Origin: Bacilli bacterium
Lineage (GTDB): Bacteria; Bacillota_I; Bacilli_A; RF39; UBA660
NCBI GenBank assembly: GCA_017409785.1
Contig: JAFQSD010000001.1
Span: 365,617 to 429,616, forward strand
DNA length: 64,000 bases
Direction: 5' to 3'
Of this stretch, positions 46,943 through 56,515 are shown piece by piece; the first letter of the stretch is position 1; each line of letters starts with the position of its first letter. The notes beneath the pieces were generated by a model. That model saw only the letters and a program-made list of their open reading frames with translations. It searched no databases and had not been told where the DNA came from. The position numbers and the translations under genes are program-made.

Positions 46943-48275
46943 AGTTTACTACTTTTCCATTCATATAAATCAAAAATACAGCTCCATCATTAAAGCCAAC
47001 AGTCATTGCTTTATAAAGTCTTATATTAATAGCGCGGTCATTTTCAATTAAATATTTTTTTATTGCCTTAATAACAATTTCTTGAACCTCTTCCCAACAA
47101 GCATCATATTCAAATTCAAACGTCTTTCTTCCCTCAAGACAAGCATTATTTTTAGTCCACATACTATTTTTATCATCAAACTTGTCACACCAAACAAAAT
47201 CTATCTTCCACTTTCTCTCCCCTAAATCATGTAAGTCAAAATTAGCAGCTATAATTTCATTTGGAATTTTTTTTCTAAAACATTCTGCTAACCAGCGATG
47301 AATATCTTGCGTAAGACTTTCTTCAGTAACATCTGTAACATAACGTTTAATTAAAAAAAGACATACCCAAGGAAATAAAATTACTACAAAACCTAATACA
47401 ATATAATTAAGTCCTAATAAAATGCTTCCTCCAACTAATGTTGGCAAAATTAAAATACCTAATATATTAACTATTTTTGTTTTTAATCCAACTATTTTGC
47501 CACTTGGTTTTTTAGGCATTCTCTCATCCCATAATTTGCATAATTCACTTTCATATTCATAATATAAATTACTTAGTTTTTTATGAGAAGTTTGTAAAGA
47601 ATAAAAATTATATGTCACCCATAACACAACAATAGCGCCAATCACAATAAATGGGCTACCAAGTAACCATGGATTAGTAATATCATACATAAATACCATT
47701 GCCATCATTATACAAAAGGCAATCATAGCTAACAAAATTAAAATAATCCATAAAACAGTTGGTACTTTAAAAGCCCTTGCTTGAATTATTGACCATTTTT
47801 TAATATCAAAAAAGTATTTCATTCTAATATCATATTGTTTAGCCCATTTTTCAAGAACTTTCTTATCCATCTTCTTAAAATCTCTACCAATAAGCATTTG
47901 TTGTGTACTTAAATTTAATAAAACCAAATCAGAACACGATGCAATATACATAGCAAATAAATAAATCAATCTAATTTCATCACTAGACTCAGCATCAATA
48001 GAAAGTTCATGATCACATTTTATATATACATTCTCAATTAAATCTTCGTTATCGTATTCATTACCAATAACCATCTTTTTATCTTCTTCATCTAACGCAC
48101 GAACATCATAAATAGAAACGCTACATTTTCTTCCCTCATCATAGATCTTAATACCTATACCATTAGAATCCATCTTAACAGACATTTTAACGCTACAATT
48201 ATATTTATTACAAAATTTAGTAATTCCTTTTAAATCAATCTTCTTAAAGTCAACAACATAAAATCTAAACCTCAT
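46941..48275 (-). CDS. Hypothetical membrane protein (about 444 aa, 4 TM, soluble N- and C-terminal domains)
   Basis: ATG 48275 has a GGAGG SD. Own extended -10 promoter (TGATATAAT) and own terminator. No motif. Confidence 0.55.
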   Translation of the reverse strand: MRFRFYVVDFKKIDLKGITKFCNKYNCSVKMSVKMDSNGIGIKIYDEGRKCSVSIYDVRALDEEDKKMVIGNEYDNEDLIENVYIKCDHELSIDAESSDEIRLIYLFAMYIASCSDLVLLNLSTQQMLIGRDFKKMDKKVLEKWAKQYDIRMKYFFDIKKWSIIQARAFKVPTVLWIILILLAMIAFCIMMAMVFMYDITNPWLLGSPFIVIGAIVVLWVTYNFYSLQTSHKKLSNLYYEYESELCKLWDERMPKKPSGKIVGLKTKIVNILGILILPTLVGGSILLGLNYIVLGFVVILFPWVCLFLIKRYVTDVTEESLTQDIHRWLAECFRKKIPNEIIAANFDLHDLGERKWKIDFVWCDKFDDKNSMWTKNNACLEGRKTFEFEYDACWEEVQEIVIKAIKKYLIENDRAINIRLYKAMTVGFNDGAVFLIYMNGKVVN

Positions 48276-48321
48276 AAATACCTCCGTAGTAAAATATATT
48301 ATATCAGAAAAATAAAATATC

Positions 48322-48355
48322 AAACAAAAAAGATGCTATTATTTAGCATCTTTTT
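48322..48355 (-). terminator. Rho-independent terminator
   Basis: aaaagatgcta-ttatt-tagcatctttt hairpin containing the TAA stop, with a T-run on the minus strand. Confidence 0.65.
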
Positions 48356-49277
48356 TATATCTACCATTTTCTAAGTCACTTCTAACTTTTTTAAATTCTT
48401 TTGGCTTATGAGTAACTAAACTTTCATTTTCTTTTCCATGAACTCTTAACACTAATGGAACGCCTCCAATATATGGCCAAAGTTCTCTTGGTAATGGATA
48501 AGTAATTACCTCAGTAGCAGTTCCAAGTTGCATTAATAAATCCATTGTAGAATGTAATCCAGTCCAATGTCTTCCATGTTTATCAAAACATAAAGTAACA
48601 AAAGATGGCCCAGAATCAATATCTGGAAGTTCATCAATCATCGCAATAATATCATTTTTTCTTTTAGCTAATCTCTCAGCATTAAACACTGCATTACTAC
48701 GAACCCCTTCACCAATAGTAAAATCAGCACTTGGTTCACCATTAACTAATTCATCCTCTTTAAATAAACATTCACGATAAATCTTATGAACTTTATCACT
48801 TGTTAAAACAGCTTCTTCCTCTTCATTCATACTAATTGTAACAATATTTGCATCATCAATAGTACCACCAAATATTTCAGCTAATCCATCTCTTAATTGC
48901 TCATCACTCATTGGAATAGAAGGTTCCGGATTATTATAAGTTCTAACAACTTCTTCAATAAATGTACTTTCTAAAAATTCTTCTATATCTTTAAATTCTT
49001 TAGAAGAAGCAAGTTCTTTAATTTGTTTTCTAAATCCACTTAAATCACCACGCATAGCTCTAACTAAATCTTGTGAAGCACTTTCTCTTGCCCAAGCAAT
49101 TAAAGCAGCATTTTTAACAAATTCAATATCTGTATCTAATAATTCTTTAAACTTTTCCATTTCCGGAAAAGAAAGTGGTAATTTTCCATAATAATGCCAC
49201 CAATGAAATAATATTTCCATTTGTTCATCATTTGTATACTCACTAAATTTTTTTATTTCTAATTTTTCTCTTGCCAT
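48339..49277 (-). CDS. Hypothetical protein (312 aa)
   Basis: ORF 2 nt downstream of the 119-aa ORF. No motif. Confidence 0.55.
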   Translation of the reverse strand: MAREKLEIKKFSEYTNDEQMEILFHWWHYYGKLPLSFPEMEKFKELLDTDIEFVKNAALIAWARESASQDLVRAMRGDLSGFRKQIKELASSKEFKDIEEFLESTFIEEVVRTYNNPEPSIPMSDEQLRDGLAEIFGGTIDDANIVTISMNEEEEAVLTSDKVHKIYRECLFKEDELVNGEPSADFTIGEGVRSNAVFNAERLAKRKNDIIAMIDELPDIDSGPSFVTLCFDKHGRHWTGLHSTMDLLMQLGTATEVITYPLPRELWPYIGGVPLVLRVHGKENESLVTHKPKEFKKVRSDLENGRYKKDAK

Positions 49278-49279
49278 AA

Positions 49280-49639
49280 CTATTTTTTAACCTTTCTTTT
49301 AGCAGTAGCATCTACACTAATTTGTTTAAATTTCTTTTCATCATATTGAATAGATATTCTTTTAACAGTTCTACCACTAGCTTCAACCATAGTTGTAATT
49401 GCATTTTCAACCTCTTGTTCACTTAACTGAACTTCAATTGGGTGAACTTCACCTTCGCTCTCCATAGTTCCTTTAAGTCTAAAAGATATTGTTGGAAATT
49501 CATGTGGAACTAAACTTCTTCCAATAGGAACTTTTCTAACACCACATGTAATTTCTAGTTCCCCATCAATATCCTCATAAGTTTTGAAATAATTTTCTAC
49601 TATATTTTTTGTTAAAGATTCATTATAAATAAGTTTCAT
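49280..49639 (-). CDS. Hypothetical protein (119 aa)
   Basis: ATG 49639 has a GGGGG SD. Preceded by TTGACT-17 nt-TATAAT on the minus strand. Confidence 0.5.
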   Translation of the reverse strand: MKLIYNESLTKNIVENYFKTYEDIDGELEITCGVRKVPIGRSLVPHEFPTISFRLKGTMESEGEVHPIEVQLSEQEVENAITTMVEASGRTVKRISIQYDEKKFKQISVDATAKRKVKK

Positions 49640-49695
49640 AAATACCCCCTCAAATAGTGTCCATATTATACCATAAAACCTATCAAAAGTCAAAA

Positions 49696-49720
49696 AAAGG
49701 AGAATTATTCATTCTCCTTT
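49696..49720 (-). terminator. Rho-independent terminator of the pncA-pncB-nudix-nadE operon
   Basis: aaaggagaat-tattc-attctccttt perfect 10-bp hairpin abutting the nadE stop. Confidence 0.7.
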
Positions 49721-51639
49721 TAATCTAATTCTTCTACCTCTTTTAACCAAATACTATAACTAGCATCACTAGGCATTCTTAAATCTCCTCTAGGAGAAAG
49801 ACCAATTGTACCAACTTTAACACCATCAGGTACACAATTTCTCTTAAATTGTTGAGTAAAGAATCTCTTAACAAAAACTTTTAACCATTTCTTTAAAGTT
49901 TCATTATCAAATTTACCTTTAAAAGTTTCTTGTGCTAAGAAATAGATCTTTTTAGGAGAAGCACCATATTTTAAGAAATGATATAAGAAGAAGTCATGTA
50001 AAACATATGGTCCAATACTAGATTCTGTTTGTTGTAAGATATTACCAGCTTTATCAGGAGGTAATAATTCTGGAGAAATTGGCGTATCTAAAATATCTTT
50101 TAATACTTTTTTCTTATCTTCCTCACTATTATCTGCAACATAATCAACTAAATATCTAACTAATGTTTTGGGAATTGCACCATTAACACTATACATACTC
50201 ATATGATCTCCATTATAAGTACACCATCCTAGTGCAAGTTCTGATAAATCACCTGTTCCAATAACAAAACCATTCATCATATTACCAATATCCATTAAAA
50301 TTTGAGTTCTTTCTCTTGCTTGTAAATTTTCATACGCAACGCTACGATCATTTTCATCTAAACCAATATCTTTCATATGTTGAATAGCAGCATCTTTAAT
50401 ACTAACTTCCTTTAATGTAGCACCATATGCTTTAACAAAACTACATGCATTATTATAAGTTCTACCAGTAGTACCAAATCCAGGCATTGTAACACCAATA
50501 ATATCTTTATTATCAAGACCTAACATTTTATAAGCCTCTGCTACAACTAAGAAAGCCAAAGTAGAATCAAGTCCTCCAGAAATTCCAAGTACACATTTTG
50601 GATAATTTAATTGAGTTAATCTTCTAGCAAGACCAGCAGCTTGAATTCTAAAAATTTCTTCGCATCTTTCTGCTCTTTCTTCATCATTTTTAGGAACAAA
50701 TGGATATTCTTTATATTCTCTATTAAAGTTCTTTGTATCACTAACTTCAACTTCAATAACTTCATATAAATTCATTGAAGCATTAACTGTATAATTATTA
50801 TTTCTCATACGTAAGTTAGTTAATTTATCAACATCAACATCTGCAAAAATTAAATTACTATTAAAATCAAATTTCTTATTTTGAGCTAACTTATGACCAT
50901 CTTCATAAATCATTGCATCACCACTAAATACTAAGTCAGAACTTGATTCACCAATACCACTTGATGTATAAACATAAGCACTTACTGTTTTAATTGAATG
51001 ATTTTTTACAAGTTCATCTCTATATTTACTTCTACCAACAATTTCATTACTACTTGCTAAATTAAAAATAATATTAGCACCATTAGCAGCATGAACTGTA
51101 CTAATAGGATTCGCATCCTCTAAATCTTCTGCAATCTCAATTGCAAAAGTAATATTTTTATTATCAATATCTCTAAAAATAATAGTTGGTGATATAGAAA
51201 CAATTTGTCCTAATAATAGAACTTCATCACTAACTAATTTAGAACTATTACTAAACCATCTTGCTTCCTCTGTATAATTAACAATATTAGTCTTAGGAAC
51301 AATACCTAAAATATTTCCTTTTTGAATAACAACAGCTACATTAAATAATCCATTATCAATTCTAAGTGGCATTCCAATAATAGATATAATATCTAAATCT
51401 TTTGTTTCATCTAAAACTATTTTTAATCCATTAATAGAATCATTTAATAATTTTTCTTGAAAAAACAAATCCCCACAAGTATAACCACTAAGTGCAAGTT
51501 GTGGTGTTGAAACAACTGCCACACCATTATCATTAGCTTCCTTAATCATCTTAGCAAGTTCTACCGCATTATTAATTGGATCAGCTAACACTAATTTATT
51601 AACAATGCTTCCAACTCTTACAAATCCAAACTTTTTCAT
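49720..51639 (-). CDS. nadE: Glutamine-dependent NAD+ synthetase (long form with N-terminal CN-hydrolase domain)
   Basis: About 640 aa with PP-loop GISGGLDSTL in the C-terminal half. Confidence 0.9.
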   Translation of the reverse strand: MKKFGFVRVGSIVNKLVLADPINNAVELAKMIKEANDNGVAVVSTPQLALSGYTCGDLFFQEKLLNDSINGLKIVLDETKDLDIISIIGMPLRIDNGLFNVAVVIQKGNILGIVPKTNIVNYTEEARWFSNSSKLVSDEVLLLGQIVSISPTIIFRDIDNKNITFAIEIAEDLEDANPISTVHAANGANIIFNLASSNEIVGRSKYRDELVKNHSIKTVSAYVYTSSGIGESSSDLVFSGDAMIYEDGHKLAQNKKFDFNSNLIFADVDVDKLTNLRMRNNNYTVNASMNLYEVIEVEVSDTKNFNREYKEYPFVPKNDEERAERCEEIFRIQAAGLARRLTQLNYPKCVLGISGGLDSTLAFLVVAEAYKMLGLDNKDIIGVTMPGFGTTGRTYNNACSFVKAYGATLKEVSIKDAAIQHMKDIGLDENDRSVAYENLQARERTQILMDIGNMMNGFVIGTGDLSELALGWCTYNGDHMSMYSVNGAIPKTLVRYLVDYVADNSEEDKKKVLKDILDTPISPELLPPDKAGNILQQTESSIGPYVLHDFFLYHFLKYGASPKKIYFLAQETFKGKFDNETLKKWLKVFVKRFFTQQFKRNCVPDGVKVGTIGLSPRGDLRMPSDASYSIWLKEVEELD

Positions 51640-51667
51640 AAATTCATCTCCTAAAAATTATTTTACC

Positions 51668-52258
51668 TTACTTTTTTAAATATTGTCTACCTCTTTCAAT
51701 CGCAAGTTGCGACTGACAATCATTAATATATCCCATATCTACAAGTTCAAGCATCTCATCAACACTACATTCAAAATATCTAATAAACTCATCTCCATCA
51801 AGATGTTGTTTTCCTTCTCTCCTACATCCTTCAGCTAAAAATGCTTTGTTATAAGCCGCTGAACAACCTTGATCTTGATAAAACGCTCCTAAAAATCTTA
51901 AATTTTCTGGTATATATCCTGTTTCTTCATAAAGTTCTCTATATGCTGCTCTAGCATGAGTTTCACCTTCATCAACATAACCTGCTGGAAGTTCTATACC
52001 AACTCCATTTTTAGTAAAAACTCTAGGTTGTACAACAAGTAATGTATTTCCATCAACAGTTACTGGAAGGATGATAGCAGCACTACCATCTCTTCCATTT
52101 TTTACTAATTTCTCTCTTATAAATGTCTTACCATTATTTAATTCAATATGATATCTTTCACTAGTTAAAAATCTACCATGAGCATCAAGTAATTCACATC
52201 TCTTAACTCTAAGTTCATCTATATAACTATGTAATTCATCCAACTTTTCTTTTCTCAT
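51668..52258 (-). CDS. NUDIX hydrolase, ADP-ribose pyrophosphatase-like
   Basis: Nudix box LPAGYVDEGETHARAAYRELYEETGY. Embedded in the NAD operon. Confidence 0.8.
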   Translation of the reverse strand: MRKEKLDELHSYIDELRVKRCELLDAHGRFLTSERYHIELNNGKTFIREKLVKNGRDGSAAIILPVTVDGNTLLVVQPRVFTKNGVGIELPAGYVDEGETHARAAYRELYEETGYIPENLRFLGAFYQDQGCSAAYNKAFLAEGCRREGKQHLDGDEFIRYFECSVDEMLELVDMGYINDCQSQLAIERGRQYLKK

Positions 52259-53721
52259 TATTTCTTCACCTTCACAGCTGGCTTTTCAGCTTGAGCCTTA
52301 CCACCATGTAGGGCAATTAAATCACTCTTAAGTTGTCTTAACTTATCAGTTAAATCTACATAGTATTCATGAGGCATATTGATTCTTGTAACCTCAGGAT
52401 ATAGTGTTTCAAATTCCTCTTGGCAATAAGCTTGTTTTTCTTGAATTGTAGGTTCTTGATATACTAGTTCTCCACCTTGGAATACCGGAACTTGTAATTC
52501 ACGAACATCATAATTTTCTAATTCTGTTTTCTTCCAAGTTTCTGTTGGATGAACTAAAGTAAATTTATCAGTTGCAATTTTTTCTTCTGCTAAAGCAATT
52601 ACATCACCTAAAGCATAGCCTGTATCTTTATCATAGAAACGATATACTTTTTTATATCCAGGATTAATAGTTTTAACACTATCATTACTTACTTTAATTC
52701 TTGGTTCTGCTTCGCCATCTTTTTCTACTGCTACTAATTTATAAACTCCACCAACTCTTTCTTTTGGAGCTGCAATATTATCTCCAGCACCAATACTATC
52801 AATTACTGCACCTTGGTTTAGCAAATCACGAATTGTATGTTCGCTTAATCCATTAGATAAGCAAATTGTTGCATCAGGATATCCTGCTTCATCTAACATT
52901 TTTCTTGCTTCTTTAGATAAATAAGCTAAGTCACCACTATCAATTCTAATACCCTTAAATTTATATCCATTTGGTTTTAAATATTCATCTGCTACTCTAA
53001 TAGCATTTGGAATACCACTTCTTAAAGTGTCATATGTATCTACTAAGAAAATACAATTTTCTGGATTACTCTTTGCATATCCTAAGAATGCATCATATTC
53101 ACTGTCAGCTTCAGTTACTAAAGAATGAGCCATTGTACCAAGTACTGGAATCTTATGTTTCATACCAGCATATGTATTAGATGTTCCTGAGCATCCTCCA
53201 ATATAAGCACATTTACTTGCTTCAATTGCAGAATCAATTCCACGAGCACGTCTAGCACCAAACTCCATTACTGGAATTCCTTTAGCTTCACTTGTAATTC
53301 TTTTAGCAGCAGTTGTAACTAAACTACCATGATTAAAGTTTGTTAGTAATGCAGTTTCAATTAATTGAGCAGTTACTGCATCAGCTTTTACTGTAAGAAC
53401 AGGTTCATTCGGAAATACCATTGTACCATCTGGTACTGCATAAATATCTCCTTCAAATTTTAAATTAGCTAAATAATCTAAGAATTCATCACTAAATTTT
53501 CCTAAACTTCTAAGGTATTCAATTTCTTCTTCTCCAAATTTAAAATTTTGAATATATTTAATAGTTTCATCTAATCCACCACTTACTGTATATCCTCCAT
53601 CAAAAGGATTCTTTCTGAAGAATACATCGAAGTAAACTTGTTCATCTTTCTTCCCTTCATTAAAGTAAGTTTGAGCCATTGTTAACTCATAAAAATCAGT
53701 CATTAAAGTTTTATTTTCCAT
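52258..53721 (-). CDS. pncB: Nicotinate phosphoribosyltransferase
   Basis: TDFYELTMAQTYF N-terminus. About 487 aa. GTMAHS block. Confidence 0.9.
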   Translation of the reverse strand: MENKTLMTDFYELTMAQTYFNEGKKDEQVYFDVFFRKNPFDGGYTVSGGLDETIKYIQNFKFGEEEIEYLRSLGKFSDEFLDYLANLKFEGDIYAVPDGTMVFPNEPVLTVKADAVTAQLIETALLTNFNHGSLVTTAAKRITSEAKGIPVMEFGARRARGIDSAIEASKCAYIGGCSGTSNTYAGMKHKIPVLGTMAHSLVTEADSEYDAFLGYAKSNPENCIFLVDTYDTLRSGIPNAIRVADEYLKPNGYKFKGIRIDSGDLAYLSKEARKMLDEAGYPDATICLSNGLSEHTIRDLLNQGAVIDSIGAGDNIAAPKERVGGVYKLVAVEKDGEAEPRIKVSNDSVKTINPGYKKVYRFYDKDTGYALGDVIALAEEKIATDKFTLVHPTETWKKTELENYDVRELQVPVFQGGELVYQEPTIQEKQAYCQEEFETLYPEVTRINMPHEYYVDLTDKLRQLKSDLIALHGGKAQAEKPAVKVKK

Positions 53722-53734
53722 ATTTCATTTCTCC

Positions 53735-53761
53735 TCTTATTTACACTTTATTAATAACATA
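53735..53761 (-). promoter_or_regulatory. Conserved 27-nt leader element, copy 2 (pncB leader)
   Basis: Minus strand TATGTTATTAATAAAGTGTAAATAAGA running directly into the GGAG SD. Confidence 0.6.
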
Positions 53762-53777
53762 TATTTAAAAAAATAAC

Positions 53778-54371
53778 CTATCTCTTTTTTACTAATTGAA
53801 TCCCTTGTTGTTCCATTAGTAAATTTGCTGCTTCAACATAATTTTGTCTAGCTTCTTGTGCATATGTAGCAACAGCATCTGTATGTACTCTTAGATCTAC
53901 ATTTCTATTATTTTGATCTAAGTAATTCGCAAGACCCATAGTTCCATTAAAATCACATATATCAGTACAGCATCCAACCACATCTACTCTTTCCAAATTT
54001 GTAAGTCCTGCAATTAGTTCTCTAAACTTAGGTGCTTCCATATAGCTTGTAGAATTCTTTTCAATTGAAATTGTATCTTCATCATTTTCAAATGGTAATA
54101 ATTCATCAACTAAGTTAGCTTCATTTGTTCCTCTAACACAATGTTTAGTTCCACCAAATCTTTTAAATTCAACTGCATCCTCATCATGAGTATCTTTTAT
54201 AAATACAATTAAGTCTCCTCTTGCTTTAGCTTCTTTAATTAATTCAATTTGTCTTGGAATTACATCAGCTATTTTCTCATCATGTAAAACTCCTTCTCTA
54301 ACAAACCCATTTACCATATCAACAACAATTAGCATCCCTTTATAAACTTTTAAATTTTTAACTTTATTCAT
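53778..54371 (-). CDS. pncA: Nicotinamidase (isochorismatase family)
   Basis: VVDMVNGF, a conserved Lys region and VVGCCTDIC catalytic Cys. ATG 54371 has a GAGGAG SD. Confidence 0.8.
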   Translation of the reverse strand: MNKVKNLKVYKGMLIVVDMVNGFVREGVLHDEKIADVIPRQIELIKEAKARGDLIVFIKDTHDEDAVEFKRFGGTKHCVRGTNEANLVDELLPFENDEDTISIEKNSTSYMEAPKFRELIAGLTNLERVDVVGCCTDICDFNGTMGLANYLDQNNRNVDLRVHTDAVATYAQEARQNYVEAANLLMEQQGIQLVKKR

Positions 54372-54383
54372 TTTAATCACTCC

Positions 54384-54410
54384 TCTTATTTACATTTTAT
54401 TAATAACATA
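54384..54410 (-). promoter_or_regulatory. Conserved 27-nt leader element, copy 3 (pncA leader)
   Basis: Minus strand TATGTTATTAATAAAATGTAAATAAGA running directly into the GGAG SD. Confidence 0.6.
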
Positions 54411-54448
54411 AGTTAAAATTTATACAAGTTTCTTCACTTGTTACTAAC

Positions 54449-54477
54449 ATTATATTAATAACAAATATTTTTGTCAA
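54449..54477 (-). promoter_or_regulatory. Consensus sigma-A promoter of the pncA-pncB-nudix-nadE operon
   Basis: Minus strand TTGACA-17 nt-TATAAT, followed by TGTTAGTAACA (54449..54439). 21 nt are identical to the prs promoter. Confidence 0.75.
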
Positions 54478-54564
54478 TATGTTTTTAACATTTTTTTAAT
54501 AAGAAATTTAAATGCACCTACTTTTCCCTTATATATCAACAAAATATTTTCCAAAAAAAATATA

Positions 54565-54596
54565 TAAAAAAAGAGAATCTATTTATGATTCTCTTT
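54565..54596 (-). terminator. Rho-independent terminator of the two-component operon
   Basis: aaagagaatc-tatttat-gattctcttt hairpin containing the TAG stop, with a T-run on the minus strand. Confidence 0.7.
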
Positions 54597-55859
54597 TGTA
54601 ATAATAAATGATACACCTTTTTTCTCATTTCTAATAGTAATATCATAATCCATAATATTAAGTGTTTTCTTAACAATAGATAGCCCTAGTCCAAATTCAC
54701 CTTTGATCCCCTTTCGGAACGGAGTAAAGATTCCCTCAAGAAGATCCTTATCAATATTTTCGCCGTCATTATATAAGATGATTTTGTTCTGTTTGGCTGT
54801 TATTTTAATAGTTGTTTTAGCATATCTCATAAAATTACTAAGTAAATTATCAAATATAGTTTCCCAATGTTCATTAGTTCCATAATATTTGGATTTTTTG
54901 TCAACGTCAATTATGAAATTTATTTCTTTATTATGAAACTTAAACTTTTCAACTTCCGATTCAATAATAGAAACCATATCTACAACAATAGAAGTATTTA
55001 CTTTAGTACTTTTAAGATAATCTAATTTATTCAAGTAAAGAAGTGAGTGTACTTTTTGTTCCAATTTAGCAGTCTGCTGTTTGATAACTTGAAGAGCTGT
55101 CCTTTCATCTTCAACTTCATCTTCAACAGCTTCAACATAAGATTTTATAACAGTGAGAGGTGTTTTAAAATCATGTGATATATTTTGATACATTTGATTG
55201 CGATATTTTTCTTGATTAATAAGAGAAATACGCATATCTTCTATTGCTAAAGCAAGTGATCTTAATTCATCATCTGTTTCCATATCTACAGAATGATCAA
55301 AATCTAAATTATCAATATTATCTATTTTTAATTTTAGTTTTTCTATCTTTAATACTATCATTAAAGACCATATACCTAAAATTAAACCAATCATCAAAAA
55401 GGTAATTAATACTATCGGAAATATTGTTCCTAATATGTCAGCCTTTGTACGATTTATATAATTATCGTTAGAAATAGCAATTTTAATAAGTTCATCATTA
55501 GTAATAGTATAGTAGTAATAGGTTCTATGATTATATTCAAATTTCCCATAAATATCCGTAATTTTGTTTAGCAAATCTTCATTACTTTTTACTCTAATAA
55601 TATCATTTAAATTATCACTAGCAATAATTTCCTCATCACCAGTAACATATAAATAAGCTACCTCAGTGTTGTCTAATTTTCTATCAAGTTCATTATCCAT
55701 ATATTTTAATGGTTCACTTAAGTAATTAAAAAGATTAGCTTCAGCTACTGGTATCAATACTTTTGGAAGCACAACTCCTAAAGATGTAAATAATAATGCG
55801 AATGCAATTCCTACAATAATAAGTAATTGTTTACTTAATTTTATATTACTTAATTTCAT
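54579..55859 (-). CDS. Sensor histidine kinase
   Basis: Two TM helices, H-box SHDFKTPLT, N-box LLSNFMRYA, G-box GLGLSIVKK. Confidence 0.9.
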   Translation of the reverse strand: MKLSNIKLSKQLLIIVGIAFALLFTSLGVVLPKVLIPVAEANLFNYLSEPLKYMDNELDRKLDNTEVAYLYVTGDEEIIASDNLNDIIRVKSNEDLLNKITDIYGKFEYNHRTYYYYTITNDELIKIAISNDNYINRTKADILGTIFPIVLITFLMIGLILGIWSLMIVLKIEKLKLKIDNIDNLDFDHSVDMETDDELRSLALAIEDMRISLINQEKYRNQMYQNISHDFKTPLTVIKSYVEAVEDEVEDERTALQVIKQQTAKLEQKVHSLLYLNKLDYLKSTKVNTSIVVDMVSIIESEVEKFKFHNKEINFIIDVDKKSKYYGTNEHWETIFDNLLSNFMRYAKTTIKITAKQNKIILYNDGENIDKDLLEGIFTPFRKGIKGEFGLGLSIVKKTLNIMDYDITIRNEKKGVSFIITKENHK

Positions 55860-56515
55860 AACAGTCTATACCCATATCCATATATAGCATCAAGATTTAA
55901 TTTAGGAAGTTTCTTTCTTACACGTCTAACCAAATCATCAACAACTCGATCAGATCCAAAATAATCGCTTCCCCATACTGCATTAAGTATTTCTTCTCTT
56001 GAAAAAGTTTTTTCTTTATTTTTTAGAAAAAGTATCAATAGGTCAAATTCTAATGTTGTCATTTTAATGTCTTTCTCTTTTTCAAAAACCATTCTTTTAT
56101 CAGCATCAATTACATAATCTCCATAGTTTATACTTGTTGCCATTTTATCTTTGTAAACTCTTTTAATTATATTATTAACTCTTAACACTAATTCTTTAGA
56201 AGAATATGGTTTAGTAATATAATCATCACTTCCAAGCTCAAGACCTAAAATTTTATCTAAGTCTTGGTCTCTTGCCGAAGTAAATATTACTGGAACTATT
56301 TCATCTTTTTTTCTAATTTCTTTAATAATATCGTAGCCATTAACGTCATCTCCTAACATTATATCTAATATCCAAAGATCAACATCACTACCAATATAAT
56401 TAATCGCATCATTTCCTTTAGTAAAGCAAGTAACATGATACCCAGCTTTTTCTAAATACGTTTTTATAAGATTTGATAAATCTATTTCATCCTCTACAAG
56501 GCATATTTTAAACAT
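55856..56515 (-). CDS. OmpR/PhoB-family response regulator
   Basis: Receiver LVEDE...ILDIML...TKP. Winged-helix C-terminus ...YGYGYRL. ATG 56515 has a GGTGA SD. Confidence 0.9.
   Translation of the reverse strand: MFKICLVEDEIDLSNLIKTYLEKAGYHVTCFTKGNDAINYIGSDVDLWILDIMLGDDVNGYDIIKEIRKKDEIVPVIFTSARDQDLDKILGLELGSDDYITKPYSSKELVLRVNNIIKRVYKDKMATSINYGDYVIDADKRMVFEKEKDIKMTTLEFDLLILFLKNKEKTFSREEILNAVWGSDYFGSDRVVDDLVRRVRKKLPKLNLDAIYGYGYRLL

Noticed and set aside
46915-48355. Similar terminator stems (AAAAGATGC...GCATCTTTT) on both sides of the 444-aa membrane protein gene, as possible target-site duplication of an insertion
   Set aside because: Only about 8-11 nt are shared, the loops differ, and both are ordinary functional terminators. 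No inverted repeats or recombinase are nearby, so the evidence for a mobile origin is insufficient.
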